Part shown: piece by piece, positions 1-13,099 of the stretch
How positions within the stretch are numbered: position 1 is the stretch's first letter
Layout: each line of letters opens with the position of its first letter
Origin: Selaginella moellendorffii
Lineage: Eukaryota > Plantae > Lycopodiophyta
Reading direction: 5' to 3'
Assembly (NCBI RefSeq): GCF_000143415.4
Contig: NW_003314307.1
Coordinates: 138,922-202,921 of the forward strand
DNA length: 64,000 nucleotides
Made by a program: the position numbers and the translations under genes
Notes under the pieces: generated by a model
Seen by the model: only the letters and a program-made list of their open reading frames with translations
Told to the model about the DNA's origin: nothing
The model's database searches: none

Positions 1-431
1 CGTCCTCAAAACTTGAGGAGGAGTCCGGTTGCTTAGGCTTAGCTGGTTTAGCTGCCTCAACTTCTTTCTTCCTCTTCTTGTTCTCCTTCTTCAATTTGCG
101 AATCTCCTTTCGCAAATTCTCAATCTCGACTTCCTGAGCTGTATGCTATAGCGCTGCAGCATCCGGCTCTTCCTCTTCTAACTCAGCCTCTGCCTCTTCC
201 GCAGCATCTCTAGCAGGAGTTTCCTCCTCTCGATTTGCCCGTCTAGAGGTTTCAACGTCATCAACATGGTTCCTCTTCACCATCCTACTAGCTGCATGCA
301 TGCCTCTATCAGTAATTGAACATGCATAAAATGTTCTTACCGAATGGTGCAATCCAACTAATCCTACACAAGTTGCTTCGGATCTACTAGAAAAGTCTCT
401 GCGTATGCAACTTGAGTCAGAAAAGCCGACC
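1..431 (-). mobile_element. 5' gag fragment of a decayed gypsy element (family C), truncated by window edge and a TRIM LTR
   Basis: Clearly homologous to 36890-37318 (ORF 146..439 MVKRNHVDDVETSRRANREEE vs ORF 36997..37383 MVKRNYTNDAETSRLANQEEE). Confidence 0.8.
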
Positions 432-593
432 TGTAGCACACCTCATTTCTCTGCCCTTAAGCCAACTGGAAAAAGGGCAATTTCTTGATGAGAGAGCCCT
501 TAGTGGCTATTTTATCCCCATTTATCCCCCAAGATTCCAAGGATCCACGGTGACAGAATATCCAAATCTTATCCTATGATCATATGCGTTACA
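432..593 (-). mobile_element. Solo 162-bp TRIM LTR without TSD
   Basis: TGTAGCACA...GCGTTACA, matches LTRs of the TRIM at 49756-50420; flanks cgacc/tccta differ. Confidence 0.85.
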
Positions 594-1399
594 TCCTAGG
601 AGTGGGCCTATCCTTGAGGAGTAGCAAATTGGGAAGATATGACTCTCCACTACAGTTCATGTGGGAACTTGTAGGCGAGGTGGTGGATACAAAAGGGCCA
701 ATAATGGAACGACTTTGGGATCTTAGAAACAATATAAGGTTTTCTTCATAGAGTTGAGGATGTGATCCAGATGAGCGTTTGACTTAGAAAACTGGTTAAG
801 ATAGTTGTGGTAAACAACTATAGTTGGGATCACGGTAAAGATAGAGACTCCAAAGCAATAAAGGAGTCACAAGATTATCCTCATATAGTTGAGGTTGGTG
901 CTCATGAATGTGAGACCAGAAGTAATGACCGCGGGAAGTTAAATACAGAAGAGGACACAAGTCATTGAAATGGTAGCCAGGGCTACCTCTAATAGATGCT
1001 GGAACAACCCAAGGAGTTGGGGGTGTACTTAGATAATGAGTTGGTATCCTTATCACATGGACAAGTAGTCCTAAGGGGCAAAGGTTGCCCCCAGAGAACA
1101 AAATAAAGTGTTGGAATAACACTTATAATGGTGGTCCTGGGGAATAGGACATGAATACAAGAAGTTGTATTCCAATGACCTGGCACCTCAAAAGTAAGAC
1201 CTTATAGGTTGGGGGATTAGGAAAAGTCCAAAAGGCTGAATGACCAAGTGGAGTCAAGGAATGGTCCTAAAGGACAGATGGAAGAATTTGAACTGAGGTG
1301 TGTTGTGCCCCACGAAGGATGGGGAGGATCATAAGATCCAAGTATGAGAACAGTGGGTATCTCATGGGCGGCTCTCTCTTTGCGTGTGGGGGAGAAGTA

Positions 1400-4300
1400 G
1401 CAATACGAGATGTACTTGACGACTTTTCTGATGTTTTTCCATATGAACTTCCTCATGGGTTGTCTTCGTTACGAGGTATGGAGCATGGGATTACATTGGA
1501 GCCAAGGACACGGCCAATTTACCGGCGTCCATTTCGGTTAAATTATGTGGAGGAGCAAAAAGTTCAATGACAAGTTAAGGAGTTACTTGAGTTTGAATTT
1601 ATTCAGCCAAGTAAGTCTCTGTTTGGTGCTCCGGTCTTGCTTGTGAAGAAGAAGGACAGTTCAATGCAGATCTGTATTGACTATCGTGTTTTGAACAAGA
1701 AGACAGTGAAGGATAAGATGCCGATGCCACATGTGGATGATATCCTAGATAAGTTTGGTGAAGCACGAGTGTTTACCAAGATTGATCTAAGGAGTGGATA
1801 TCATCAGATTGCAATGGATGATGCATTTATCTCCAAGACGGCATTCAATACAAGCTTCAGACATTTTGAGTTTACAGTTATGCCGTTTGGTTTGACAAAT
1901 GCACCAGCCACATTTACTAGGTTGATGACGGAAGTATTTGGGTGTTATCTTCATGAGTTTGTGGAGATTTTCTTGGACAATATTCTTGTTTTTAGCAAGA
2001 ATATGGAGGAGCATAAGATGCATTTGCGCAAGGTTCTTTTGTTCCTCCATATCTTTTCCTGCAAAGGACGTCAAACGAGTCAAAAGGAAGATAATTCCAA
2101 AAGCTACAAGACGGCCATTTGCTACCTTGAACATCACTCTTCCTATCAAAATTGAGAGTAGCACGTTGCTGTGCTTAGCCTGCACTCAAAGTCCACATTA
2201 GAAAAGTCCCCAGTTTGCTTTTCTTGCGCCAGAAACAAAGGAGAGAAAAGACCAAAGAAATGGAGAAAAGAGAAAACAAAGAGGGGCTTACCACAAGAAA
2301 ACAAAGATTGCTTACTGCAACAGTGTACGAGACAAGCAGGATCTCCAAGCTCTTGAGGTAGCAAATGAAGGCTACAACCTCAAATAGAGAGATGGCCAAC
2401 AGCACTGGAAAGAAGTGAATCAAAAGCGAGAACGACTTTGGGCTGTAAAAGATAACGCAGGAGTCAGCCAAGCTATCACCTGAGAGAGATAAACAAGCCA
2501 ACCTTGTGACAAGTAGATATAGAACCATGGGAACAGCCATAAAGCCTCATTGGAGAGCAGCAAAATTGAGAAGCGATGGTGCCAAGTGACCAGCCATTTT
2601 GTCAAGGCTGCAAAGACAATGGAGCTAAGAAGCCATAAATGAATCTCGAGAAAATGAACCTGTTACTTATGCTCATTAACGCTGCAACACCCAGCATGAG
2701 GAGTGTCCCCTCTTCCCTTTTGCAAACTTTAAAACAGGAAAAGCAAAAAAAAGAGAGAGAGAAATCTTTACCATTGAATCTGTGGCCAGCAGGAAGAATT
2801 CCCTCCAGGAATCGCCACCGGAGGGGGGTTCTTCTCACTGAAATCCAACACGACACCATTGCCATTGGTGGAAAACTTTGGGACCTTGTCACATGCCTTG
2901 GACGAGTTCCAAGGAAGCAAAGGAAGAACCGAGACGATCTTGCCTGGGGGCTCGTCGGATTTCTTCACCTCCACCTCCACCGGGTGATCAAGCACGAAAA
3001 CTTTATGCAAAGAAGAGCAAATGTGAGTATGCAAAGTTAGAGGTGGAATATCTAGGCCATATTGTGACATTTAAGGGTGTCAAGACGAATCCAAAGAAGG
3101 TGTCTATGGTGGAAAATTGGCCTACACCGATTACAGTGGTCGAGTTGCGTTGGTATGGCTAGTTACTATCGACGTTTCCAGCATAAGTTTGCAAATGTGG
3201 CTATTCCTTTGACATGGTTGTTACGCAAGAATGTGCCATTCGAGTGGAAGAAGCCACAAGAGAAGAGTTTTATGGTGCTAAAATGATTGTTGAGCGAGAC
3301 TCCAGTGCTTTGCATTGCTGATCCATCAAAACCTTACGAGGTGACATGCGATGCGAGTGGTTATGCACTATGCAAGAGGGACAGCTTATTGCATATGAGA
3401 GTCGAACTTTGAATTCCACGGAACAACACTATTTCACATATAAGCAAAAGTTACTCTCTATTGTTCATGCTTTGCAGACGTGGTGGCATTATCTTTATGG
3501 TGCAGTGTTTGTGGTGTTGACAAATCACAAACCATTTGTGTATCTTTTCACACAGAAGGAGTTGAACATTAGACAAGCTTGTTGGATGGTCAAATTCATG
3601 GAGTTTGGGGAGTTTCCTATTGAGCATCATCTGGGAAAATCAAATATGGTGGTTGATGTTTTATCTCGTGTTCATCATATGACGACATTACAAACATGAC
3701 TTTGTCATCATTTGAGTAAGGTGGTCAGCGAATTTGGGCAATTGGTTGAGCATGCTCAGGCTCAGGATGCTAAGGTGGCCTCTTTGCGAGACCAGATGGA
3801 AGCCCCTTTCTCATTGGTGGATGGGATTCTCTACTAGAACGGTTGTGTATATTTGCCACAAGTGGATGTGCTAATTACTCAGGTTTTATTCCACTATCAT
3901 GATCATCCAGAGGCCAGTCATTTTGGGGAGAAGAAAACATATAACTTGATTAAGCACAATTTTTATTAGAGGAATATGAAGGCCAATATCCTCAAGTATT
4001 GTAAATCATGCAAGCTCTATCAGCGGGTTAAGGTGCCACAAGAAAAACCAGGGGGACTTCTGCAACCTTTACCTATTCTTCAGAGCCGTTAGTGTAGTAT
4101 CTCTATGGACTTTATCACTTATTTGCCACGAATACAGAGGCAAAAGGAGCAAGTATGGGTCATAGTGGATCAATTGACGAAGTATATGCAGTTGTTGGCT
4201 TTTCGGAAGACTATCACTACCTCAGACTTGGCTACAGTTTACTTGGAGAAGGTTTTTCTTGATTTTGGTTTGCCAGAGGATATCATTAGTGATTGAGATT

Positions 4301-5350
4301 CAAAGTTTTCCCGTGGATTTTGGAAAAGCTTTGCAAAAGCTATGCAAGTGACTTTGAAACTCTCGAGTGGAGATCATCCTTAAATAAATGGGCAAACCAA
4401 GCATGTGAATCAAGTGATGGAGGATATACTACGTTATAGCATTGGTCAAAGGCAAGGATAGTGGGATCTATATCTTCCGTTGCTGCAATTTTCTTATAAT
4501 AATAGCCAATACAGTGGAACCAAGCTAAGTCTTTACTTTGCCATATTTGGAAGGCATCCTCTAACAGCGGTGGAGTTGGGATTGCATTTGAGTAAGGACG
4601 TTCAAAATAAGCTTGATTCCAAGATAATTGATCTAGCCACAGAACTTGATGAGATTCTAATGGTGTGCAAACGGAATTTGTAAGCAGCTCAGGATAGAGC
4701 GGAGAAGTTTGCCAATAAGCATCGCCAATTCCGGGAATATAAGGTGGGTGATCTCGTCTTTGTGCGAGTGATCTTTCCGTCAAGTGAGTGGCAGAACACC
4801 TTGGTGCCTTTACAGATAAGGAAGAGTGATAAACTTTCCCATCGATATACTAGTCCATATGAAGTGTTGGAGTGCATTGGTAAAGCGGCTTATCGGGTGC
4901 AACTGCCAGCTGGGGTGAAAATTCATCCGGTATTTTATATCAGCTAATTGAAAAGTGTACTATCTTGGAGTGACAGGTCCAATGCCTCCTTGATGTATAC
5001 GGCTGTGGAAGATGGACTAGAAGCTTGAGCAAAGTTCCCCAGAAAGGGTGATCACCGGTACAACTCATCCTTGGGACAAAGACTTTGTTTGGGGGGGAAG
5101 GGGGGGGGGGGAAGAATTGTTAGGTGCCAGCTTTGACCACGTGGTCAACATCAGTCAAAGGGAGGCTCAAGGGTATATTAAGGCATGTTAAAGTAAAGGA
5201 CTAAACCCTACCCTAGGGCTCATAGTGGAGCGGCGGCGCAGTAGAGCTTTTGAGGTAGCTTGGGGGTGGTTGGGTGGTGAGGAACCTCAAGAGGTGGCAT
5301 AGCATAGTCTAGGGCAATTAAATCTTTGTCTTTTTGTGCCGGATCATAAC
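1400..5350 (+). mobile_element. Decayed Ty3/gypsy retrotransposon (RT-RNaseH-integrase, PPT, 3' LTR 5119-5350); 5' part missing
   Basis: RT motifs KIDLRSGYHQI, MPFGLTNAPATF, FLDNIL; RNase H IAYESRTL; integrase MDFIT..VIVDQLTK, GPY/F-like tail IHPVFYIS. G-rich PPT 5091-5118 then TGTTA...TAACA. Many stops and frameshifts. Confidence 0.9.
2039..2988 (-). pseudogene. Intron-containing fragment of a host EamA/DMT-family transporter gene inserted in the gypsy RT
   Basis: GT-AG exons join to EEGTLLMLGVAALMSISNSLDKMAG...Q*GFMAVPMVLYLLVTSPKSF...YLKSLEILLVSYTVAAKHSNVLLSILIGRVMFKEKIW, resembling an EamA C-terminal repeat; one internal stop. Confidence 0.75.
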
Positions 5351-8300
5351 AAATGTACACAGCAACTAGGAGAAAATTGTCACCACACTTGTACAGGTAC
5401 ATGATTCCTTCCACTGCAAGAGGAACACACCCCAGGCTCTTGAAGAACACATCAATGCGTTCAAACCAAACCCTTAGGGATTGTTTAAGCCCATACAGGG
5501 CACAATTTAGCTTGCAAACAAGATGTTCCTCGCCAGGTTTGATGAATTCAGGTGGTTGCATGATGTAGACCTCCTTGTTCAACTTGCCGTGCAGGAAAGC
5601 AGTGCGAATGTCCAACTGGTGCAGTTCCAGGTCGTACTTGGCAGCTAGTGCAAGGATCACTCGCACAGAGGTCAACTTCACAACTGGTGAGTACATCTCC
5701 ATGTATTCCAAACCTGGAATCTGGCTGAATCCCTGTGTGACAAACCTGGCCTTGAACTTTGCTACAGTTCCATCAGGTTTGTACTTGACTGTGTAAATCC
5801 ATTTCAAGCTCACAAGGTGAGCACCTTCAGGTAAGGTTGTCTTTGTCATTGTATTGTTTCGCTCATGCAAATGCATTTGAGCATTTATGGCTTCTCACCA
5901 CTGGGCAGCATGAGGTCCAGCTAATGCCTTGTCAACATTTGCTGGAATGGGGATTTGCTCTGGATTAGCAGCCACGAAATTAGCCTGGTGTGTTCCTTTC
6001 TTTTTAATTTTTCCAAAACTAAAGAAGGGACAAGATTGCTCAGCTTCCAGTTGCAGCCTCAATGGTACAGGAACTCGAGCAGAGCGCTGAGGTTCAGGAC
6101 GTGCTAGAGGGTGGATCACAGGTGGTGGAACAAGTGGAGAGTCTGGGAGAGCTCCCACTGAAGTTGGAAACCTGCTTCCAGCTCCCACTGAAGGTGATGA
6201 TCCACGTCCAGCTCCCACTGAAGATGAGCCGAGGAAGAACTCAGGAGCAGCTTGAAATTCCTCGTCACCCTCGAAGTAAGTGTTCATCAGCTCTTCAGAG
6301 AAGCTAGGTGTTTTCACTGGAGGAGATTCTTGTAGAGGCGTAGCTGGAGGGCGTGCTGGCAGTGCTGGAGGAACCACCACGTTACCACCAGCAGGAGCAA
6401 GAGGCAGCAACGGGACTTGAGAAGTAGCTGTAGTCATGTGAATTGTGTCCACCAGCTGGAGTTCCACGAAAGTAGCAGGAACTTCAGTACGATCCTTGTA
6501 CAGCTTGCTCTCATCAAAGAGCACATCCCGTCTTTCCAGCAAAGTCTTGCGCTTGAGAGAATAAAGGCGATATCCTTTCATGCCTTCCAAATATCTCAGC
6601 CTTTGACTCCAGCTTTGACATTGCTTGTGTGCATAGGCGAAACAGCCAAAAATGCGGGTGCGTGACCAATCCAAAGTTCATAAAGAGTGGTCTTCCCAGG
6701 CAGGGCACGTGTTGGCAACCGGTTTCAAACATAAACAGCCGTGTTAACTGCCTCACCCCAGAAAGCAGCTGGCATTCCTGCGTGAAGCAGCATACAGCGT
6801 GCAGCTTCTCTGATGGTGCGATTCACCCTCACAGCAGCACCATTCTGGGCATGTGCATCAGGGACAGCATACTGGCGCTGGATCCCAGCTTCAGCACAAA
6901 ACGTCTCAAATTCTCCAGAGACGAATTCTCTTCCATGATCGCAGTGGAGCACACGAACTAAACAGCCGTGTAAATTTTCTACCAAAGCCTTGTATTGGCT
7001 GAAGCAGGAGAACACCTCTGACTTGTGAGCCAGCAGGTACACGATCAGGTACCGCGTGTAATCATCCAGGAAGGTGACTACGTAACGTTTGCCTCCCAAA
7101 GATTCAACCATAATCGAACAAACGTCCGAGTGTACCAACTCAAGAACAGAACTTGCTTGAGAATGAGAAATCTGTGGAAAAGGAAAAACGTGGTGTTTTC
7201 CACCAACACAAGCTTCGCAGAAGGGCAGCGCGCTCCCAGGCGCTACAGGAACGCTGGTGTCAGGTTGCAAGTGTCGGTGGAGCCCGAGCCATCAGCGCCA
7301 CAGGTGGAAGGATCACGTGAGCATCCAGGCGGTAGAGCGTATCAACTGGAACTCCAAAAGCAACCTTGTCTCCAGTCTCGGCATCCAGCACGAACGCTCC
7401 CTGTGCTGTGAAGAGAGTATCGAAGCCTACTTGAGCAGCAGTTCCAATCGACAGCAGCGTGTGTGTAAGTCCCAGAACATAAGACACAGGATAGATCTCC
7501 CGGATTTCTCCAGAAGAGAGCTGAACGCTGATTGTTCCTTTGCCTAGTACGTCGTGAGCAGAGGAGTCACCGAGTCCCACGGCGTCACTCTCACACGGTT
7601 CTTGGTAGTCAAAAAACAAGGAAGCCATGGGCGTCATATGGAATGACGCTCCAGAATCCAGCCACAGCTCTGGTCCGAGCACGGGCTGGTGGCTGCTGCT
7701 TGCAGAGAGAGCCATCAAGAGCTTACGAGGAGTCCCAGAGCCCTTGTCTTTGTTTCCTTTGTCTTTGTTCTTGGCAGCTTTAGCACGATCAGCTTTCTTC
7801 TTCTTGCAATGTCCAGGTTTGTGGCAATAGTGACAAATGCCACGAAAACCAGTGTCGTTCGGCTGAGCTTGAGATGATCCTCCCGCAGCGCCAGCATAAA
7901 GCAAGGAAGATTTGGCAGAGGGCATCGCTTCTTTCTTCCCCTTTATCTTGCGTTCCTCTTCAATTAGGGCACCCACGACTGATCAAAGTTCATGGCCATG
8001 TGAGATAGAACAGATGCGAGCGTGCTAAACGCAGGCGTGACGGTTGCAAGCAGCAACGCCCTAGCGCGATCGTCCGTGACAGGAGACCCAGCACCAGTCA
8101 ATTCAGCCATTAGCCCTCGAATCCGTCCCACGTACACAGCAATGGTTTCACCCGTTTCCATGTGAAGCGCCAAGAATTGTTGATTCAGCAACATGGAAGA
8201 ATTTGCGGCTTGAGCCACGAAGATCGTGCGAAGCGACGTCCAGATTTCAGCAGCGGTCTTGGTGAGATCAATCAGCGGCAAGAATTCATCGCTCAATCCC

Positions 8301-8853
8301 AAGCCAATGACGGTGATGGCTTGCTGATTGCGAAAATCCCAATCTGATTGTAGCGTCTGCTCAGCGGGACGAGGCTCAGTCCCATCAAAGATGTTGAAGC
8401 TACTGTCTAGAATACCTGAATCCTCTTCGCTCACGACCACGGCATCACATCCCTGCTGCGCGGCCTTCTTCTGGAGCTCCTCGTCGTCGTCTTCATTCTC
8501 CAGAGAGGATCAGCCTGATTCTTGTCGCCCATGTGAAGAAATTCGTGCCACCGAATTTCTCCACTTTCTCTGTGGAAGCCACGAGAACTTGAGCAGCAAC
8601 CGGTGGCGGTGGCAGCAGCAGCGGCTGGTGGGGGCGGCGGAGGTGGTGGTGTGGTTGAAGCGGCCATGACAGCAACGTCAAATCAACCAACCAGGATCGC
8701 CCCCGAAATCCGATACCATGTTGTGATGTGAAAAGGGATGGACATAACACTCATGAGCTCGTTCATTGTTCCGACTATATTTACATGACTCAAGGGACAT
8801 GACTCATGACCACGTGGACATGCCACGTCAGCTGATCGAGACTGACATCCAAC
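5351..8853 (-). mobile_element. Ty1/copia retrotransposon, frameshifted, RT interrupted by the gypsy 3' LTR; 5' LTR 8719-8853
   Basis: Gag with Zn knuckle CHYCHKPGH, protease WLDSGASFHM, integrase LELVHSDVC..QNGAAVRVNRT, RT KARFVTQGFSQ/LHQLDIRTAFLHG in copia order. 135-bp TGTTG...CAACA LTR abutting PBS TGGTATCGG. Confidence 0.92.
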
Positions 8854-8889
8854 ATAGGTTTTATTTTCAGGGTTTGGTGTCTCCTCCAC

Positions 8890-11800
8890 ATGATGCCGGC
8901 TTGGGGAATCAACATTGTGAGCGCGTTTTGTTATGCTTAATCTTATCAATGAGATCTATCCTTTCTTTTCTTTGTAGACCATTGCAGCAGTTCCCCCGCC
9001 AGTCAATGCCACAAGTGGCAGTGAGGAAAATGGGGAAGAAGCTACGCATGCAGCTGCAGTCTCAATTATGGTCCAGATTATCATGCTGGGAATATCGTTC
9101 CTTGTAGGACATATGCTTAGACGCAACAAGATTATGGTGATTCACGAGGCTGGAACTGCGCTTGGGCTTGGTACGTTGCTGTTTGTCATTTTTCGTTTGT
9201 TTTCAACCTTACGTGCTTCCTAGAGTCATTTGAGAGTTTGTTTAGGGGTTCTTGTTGGACTGTTTGTACGCCTTGTCGGGCAAGCACAAGGTTTCAGGTA
9301 TCTTCCCTTTGTCTTTCAATAAAGATTCTGATCGAAGAACTCGATCAGGTCATGGATTAATTTTAACGAAAGCTTTTTCTTTTATTTTTTGCTCCCCCCG
9401 ATCATATTATATCCTTTTATTTCTTCTCTGAGGCATGATCTTTGTGTCCTTAACCAACTTGTATCTACTGAGTCAGGCTGGAGTTTGCGCAGTGTAAGCT
9501 GCAACCGTGAGAATATTATCACATGCCTCCTCATGTTTTAAACGCAGAAACCATTTTTCCACAACTTCGGAGCCATATGTGTCTTTGCATTTTTAGGAAC
9601 CGCTATCTCTACGTTTGGTGTTGGAATTCTCATGCAAGTCTTTGAAATCTCCACCATTTTGTAACGCTTATATGCATGTTTTAGCAGTTACATTTTTGGA
9701 ACTCTCAATTGGACTTACTCAATGCCATTTTTAGCTTGTCTTGCTTATGGTGCTCTGATATCAGCAACCGACCCTGTCACTGTCCTTGCAATTTTTCATG
9801 TAAGCTACAGTTACAAAGCCAACAACATTTTGCCTATTGTCCTTTCAATACAGGCTTTGGGAGCAGATGCTAATTTATATGCTTATGTCTTTGGAGAGTC
9901 AGTGCTTAACGATGCTGTGAGTAATGTTGTTCATTAGCCTGAAACAATGTTCTTCGTGTGTCTCAGGTGGCTATTGTCATGTATAAGTGAGTCTGCGAAA
10001 AGAAAAGACCCATTGTCGGTTTTTTTAGTTTCATACTTTTTAATTTGTGGCAGGACAGTTCTCTCCTTTATCAAGCATCCAGAAAGCACGGGCATTTTTA
10101 GTGCATTTTGGTTTTTCATTGCGATTTTTATTGGATCTTTTTCAATTGGTGCGTTAAGCAAATATTTCATCGTATACAAGCTGATCATGCGTATCTGTAG
10201 GTGTACTGACGTCTATGCTTAGTGCGGTCATGTTTAGGCATTGTGGCCTTCAAGAAAAAGGGTAGGTTCCTTGTGTTTTTTTTTTCGTAACGTGTACCTT
10301 TTTCTTTGCAGGCTTGCTATTCTAGAATCATGTCTTATGGCACTATTTCCCTATCTTGCATATAATATGGCAGATGCTCTTGAACTATCTGGGATCGTAG
10401 CAATACTATTTGCAGGCATTGTAAGTTCTCCTTGGTAATAGATTATTTACATTTCATTATTTAGACGATGAAGTATTATACTGCTCCTAATCTCTCATCA
10501 GAAGCACAACAAATTACAACAAGTTTTTTTGGAATGCTTTCAAAACTTTCTGAGACATTTGTGTAAGCGTAGACAAGTCACTCTTCGAACTGACAATAAA
10601 AACAGGTTTATCTATATGGGTGTGGCTCTTTTCCTAGAAGAACAGAGCTGGAACAACTTTGGGTTCACAGTGTTCACAATTGTATCCTTTTTAATGAAAT
10701 TTGAGCAGTGCCAAAGGTTTCTTTAACTTTGGTGACAAATTGTAGATCAGTATATTGGTTGCAAGGTACAGCTTTTCCTAAACATAAATACTCTGACTGT
10801 TTGTATTGTACAATATAAACAGAGCATGGAATGTCTATCCTTGTGCTGCCCTGCTCAACAATTTTAGAGAACCAGCAAGACAGATACCCATGAATCAACA
10901 GCACGCTCTTTGGTACGGTGGTGAGTTTCCTCGTCTGAAGAAGAACATTACATCTCTAAATAAAATCTCAGGTTTACGAGGAGCTATGGCCTTTGCGTTG
11001 GCATTGCAGTCTGTTCAGGACATTCCTGATCATCATGGGCGGGTGATGCTAACCGCTACAATGTTCACAATATTTTTCACGGTTGGCTTTATTTGTGTTG
11101 AATTTTTAAAGCAGTCTCAGATTATTTCAATTTACTTTGAATTTCAGGTTATACTGATTGGTGGCACAACGTACTACGCGCTTATGTATTTAAATATTGA
11201 ATGCCATGGACCAGATTATCACGGAGCAGAGGTATCCTGTAACATCACACACACTAGAACGTTTAACAAACGCCTTTGATTGTAGGAAGAGGAGACCATA
11301 ATCGAAGAACAACAAGATGTATTTTTTATTGCATGCATATATACTAATTGTCTTTGTCCCGGAGTTTTGTTGCAGGAAACAGTTGAATATGATCGTAATG
11401 TTGATGGCTTTGGCATTAAGGCTTTGAAAAAGCAGAAAGCACTAATCAAGAATAAGCTGCGAAAGCTGAAGAATTATGAGTTCGTTATTTCAACCCCTTT
11501 CTTTCGTGGCTGACATTATGTTTTTTTATGCAGAACATCGTTTGCAACTTTAGACAAAAAGTATTTAAGGCCGTTTTTTGTACCTGAGACAGTTTCCGAA
11601 GGCACAACATCTCAGGATGTAGAACTGCAAGAACGTAAGTTTTAAAGGGATTTTAGTAAAAAATACGGCCTTTTTGCTCTTCTTACAGAGATGAGTCAAA
11701 ATATAGCTAGAATGTCTGCAATACACAAGCATGAGGCAGAGCTTGCTAGAATAACACAAATAGAAGAACACCAAAAGAGAAACAGCCAGCAAAGTTATTT

Positions 11801-11954
11801 TTCTCAGCAACGATCTGTTCCGCAGCCAACAAGCTCTTACATTCAACCAGAACATTACACTGACAGTTACACAAACTATAACCCGGAAAGATACCCAAGT
11901 TACTCGTTTGATGGCTACTCCAATACGAACGACACCAATCGTGAAAATAATTAG
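8890..11954 (+). CDS. NHX5/6: Endosomal (class II) Na+,K+/H+ antiporter, NHX5/NHX6-like, about 22 exons
   Basis: Spliced translation [14 protein letters not shown]...[15 protein letters not shown]...[30 protein letters not shown]...[16 protein letters not shown]...[16 protein letters not shown]...[12 protein letters not shown]...[12 protein letters not shown]...[14 protein letters not shown]; open throughout, TAG 11952-11954. True start may lie in a further upstream exon. Confidence 0.93.
9409..9468 (+). other. U12-type AT-AC intron in NHX gene
   Basis: ATATCCTTT donor, TCCTTAAC branch point 9447-9454, AC end; removal restores LLPPIIF/ESG. Confidence 0.95.
9634..9687 (+). other. GC-AG intron in NHX gene
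   Basis: AT|GCAAGT donor, tagcag acceptor; restores GVGILI-YIFGTL frame. Confidence 0.8.
10682..10745 (+). other. U12-type GT-AG intron in NHX gene
   Basis: GTATCCTTT donor, TTCTTTAAC branch-like site about 18 nt before AG; restores FTVFTI-ISILVAR. Confidence 0.85.
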
Positions 11955-12379
11955 CTTTGAAATGTGAGGTTGTCAGAAATTTCCCTTTCAGTGAAAATCA
12001 GATCTTAGCCATTTTCCAAAAATTTAGATAAGAATCTACATTATACACACCACTTCTGACGTTTTCCCAGAAATGTTTTAGCTAGGCTATCGCCCTCACA
12101 TTCCAGAAAAAAAGAAAATGCTATGTGAGATTCTGGACAACATATGGGCTGCCTTCTGTTGTTCAATAGGAAAGGCCACAGAAACTAGAAGGAATACTAG
12201 AAGCTTATACTCGTGTATAAAGAATCTTGGCCCAGCAATTGATTGCCACTGTCTCGCCTAGCAATTGTCACTGCTCCCGATCTGAGGAAGATGAAGCTAG
12301 TAAATTCTTCTGTGTATGCATTCTTACTTTCCTTTCTCCTTGTGAGTTATTTTTACTTTCACATTTTCAGTCGAGGATT

Positions 12380-12608
12380 TTTAGTTTCTTTCTCCTTTCT
12401 CTGAGCTTTATTTACGCTTATCTTTGTACAGGGCAGCGACAACCCTTTAGAATCGGCCCTGATTTTGAGTATAGTTCTACGAGCTATGGATGATATCCCG
12501 GGTAGCCTCTCTTTTCGTTTCGGTTTTTTAGTTTTTTTCTCTGAGCTTTATTAGTAAAGTTCTAGCGAGCTACAGGTGATATCCCGGGTAACCTCTCTTT
12601 TTAGTTTG
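12380..12608. repeat. Short direct repeats (about 85-bp period)
   Basis: agttcta(g)cgagcta..tgatatcccgggta.cctctctttt twice; ttctctgagctttatt twice. Confidence 0.6.
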
Positions 12609-13099
12609 ATATTTCATCATTGCACAGTATGCCATTGTGGATTTGAAAGGTTGCAAGGCTTTATCTGCTGATCCCAGCGGCAGGAATAGCGAGCTTCTTT
12701 GCTGGCATATCAACACCTACTAAAACTCGGAAATGACAGAATGACCACCAGCATATAGGCATTAATGGTGCCTGCAAGCTTAACATTTAGTAGCGCAGTG
12801 AAACGATTGAGTGAAACCTTTATTAATGCTGTGCTGTAATATTCGAGATATAAGCAATGAAATGCCTCCAAAAAGGAGGCTATCAGATTGTTTTTTTCAA
12901 ATTTGTTTATGTTTTACAAGCATGTGCAGAATATTAAAAGCAGGATGTTGTACCAAGTTGAAACCTTGTTGTCTGCAAATATAGATAAGCACACCCTGGC
13001 CACGAACTTCAAGCATATGCGCAGGATATCAACATCTCCCTCATCCAGCTTATGTAGCGCATCATTCATGTCGGCCATTCTCTATCTGGAATTCACATT

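Noticed and set aside
4784-4815. Intron-like gtgagt...ttacag in the first gypsy integrase
   Set aside because: Only 32 nt, the frame is open through it, and removal would break the frame.
11232-11285. Third U12 intron in NHX (GTATCCTG)
   Set aside because: Donor deviates from RTATCCTT and there is no CCTTAAC branch point; probably U2.
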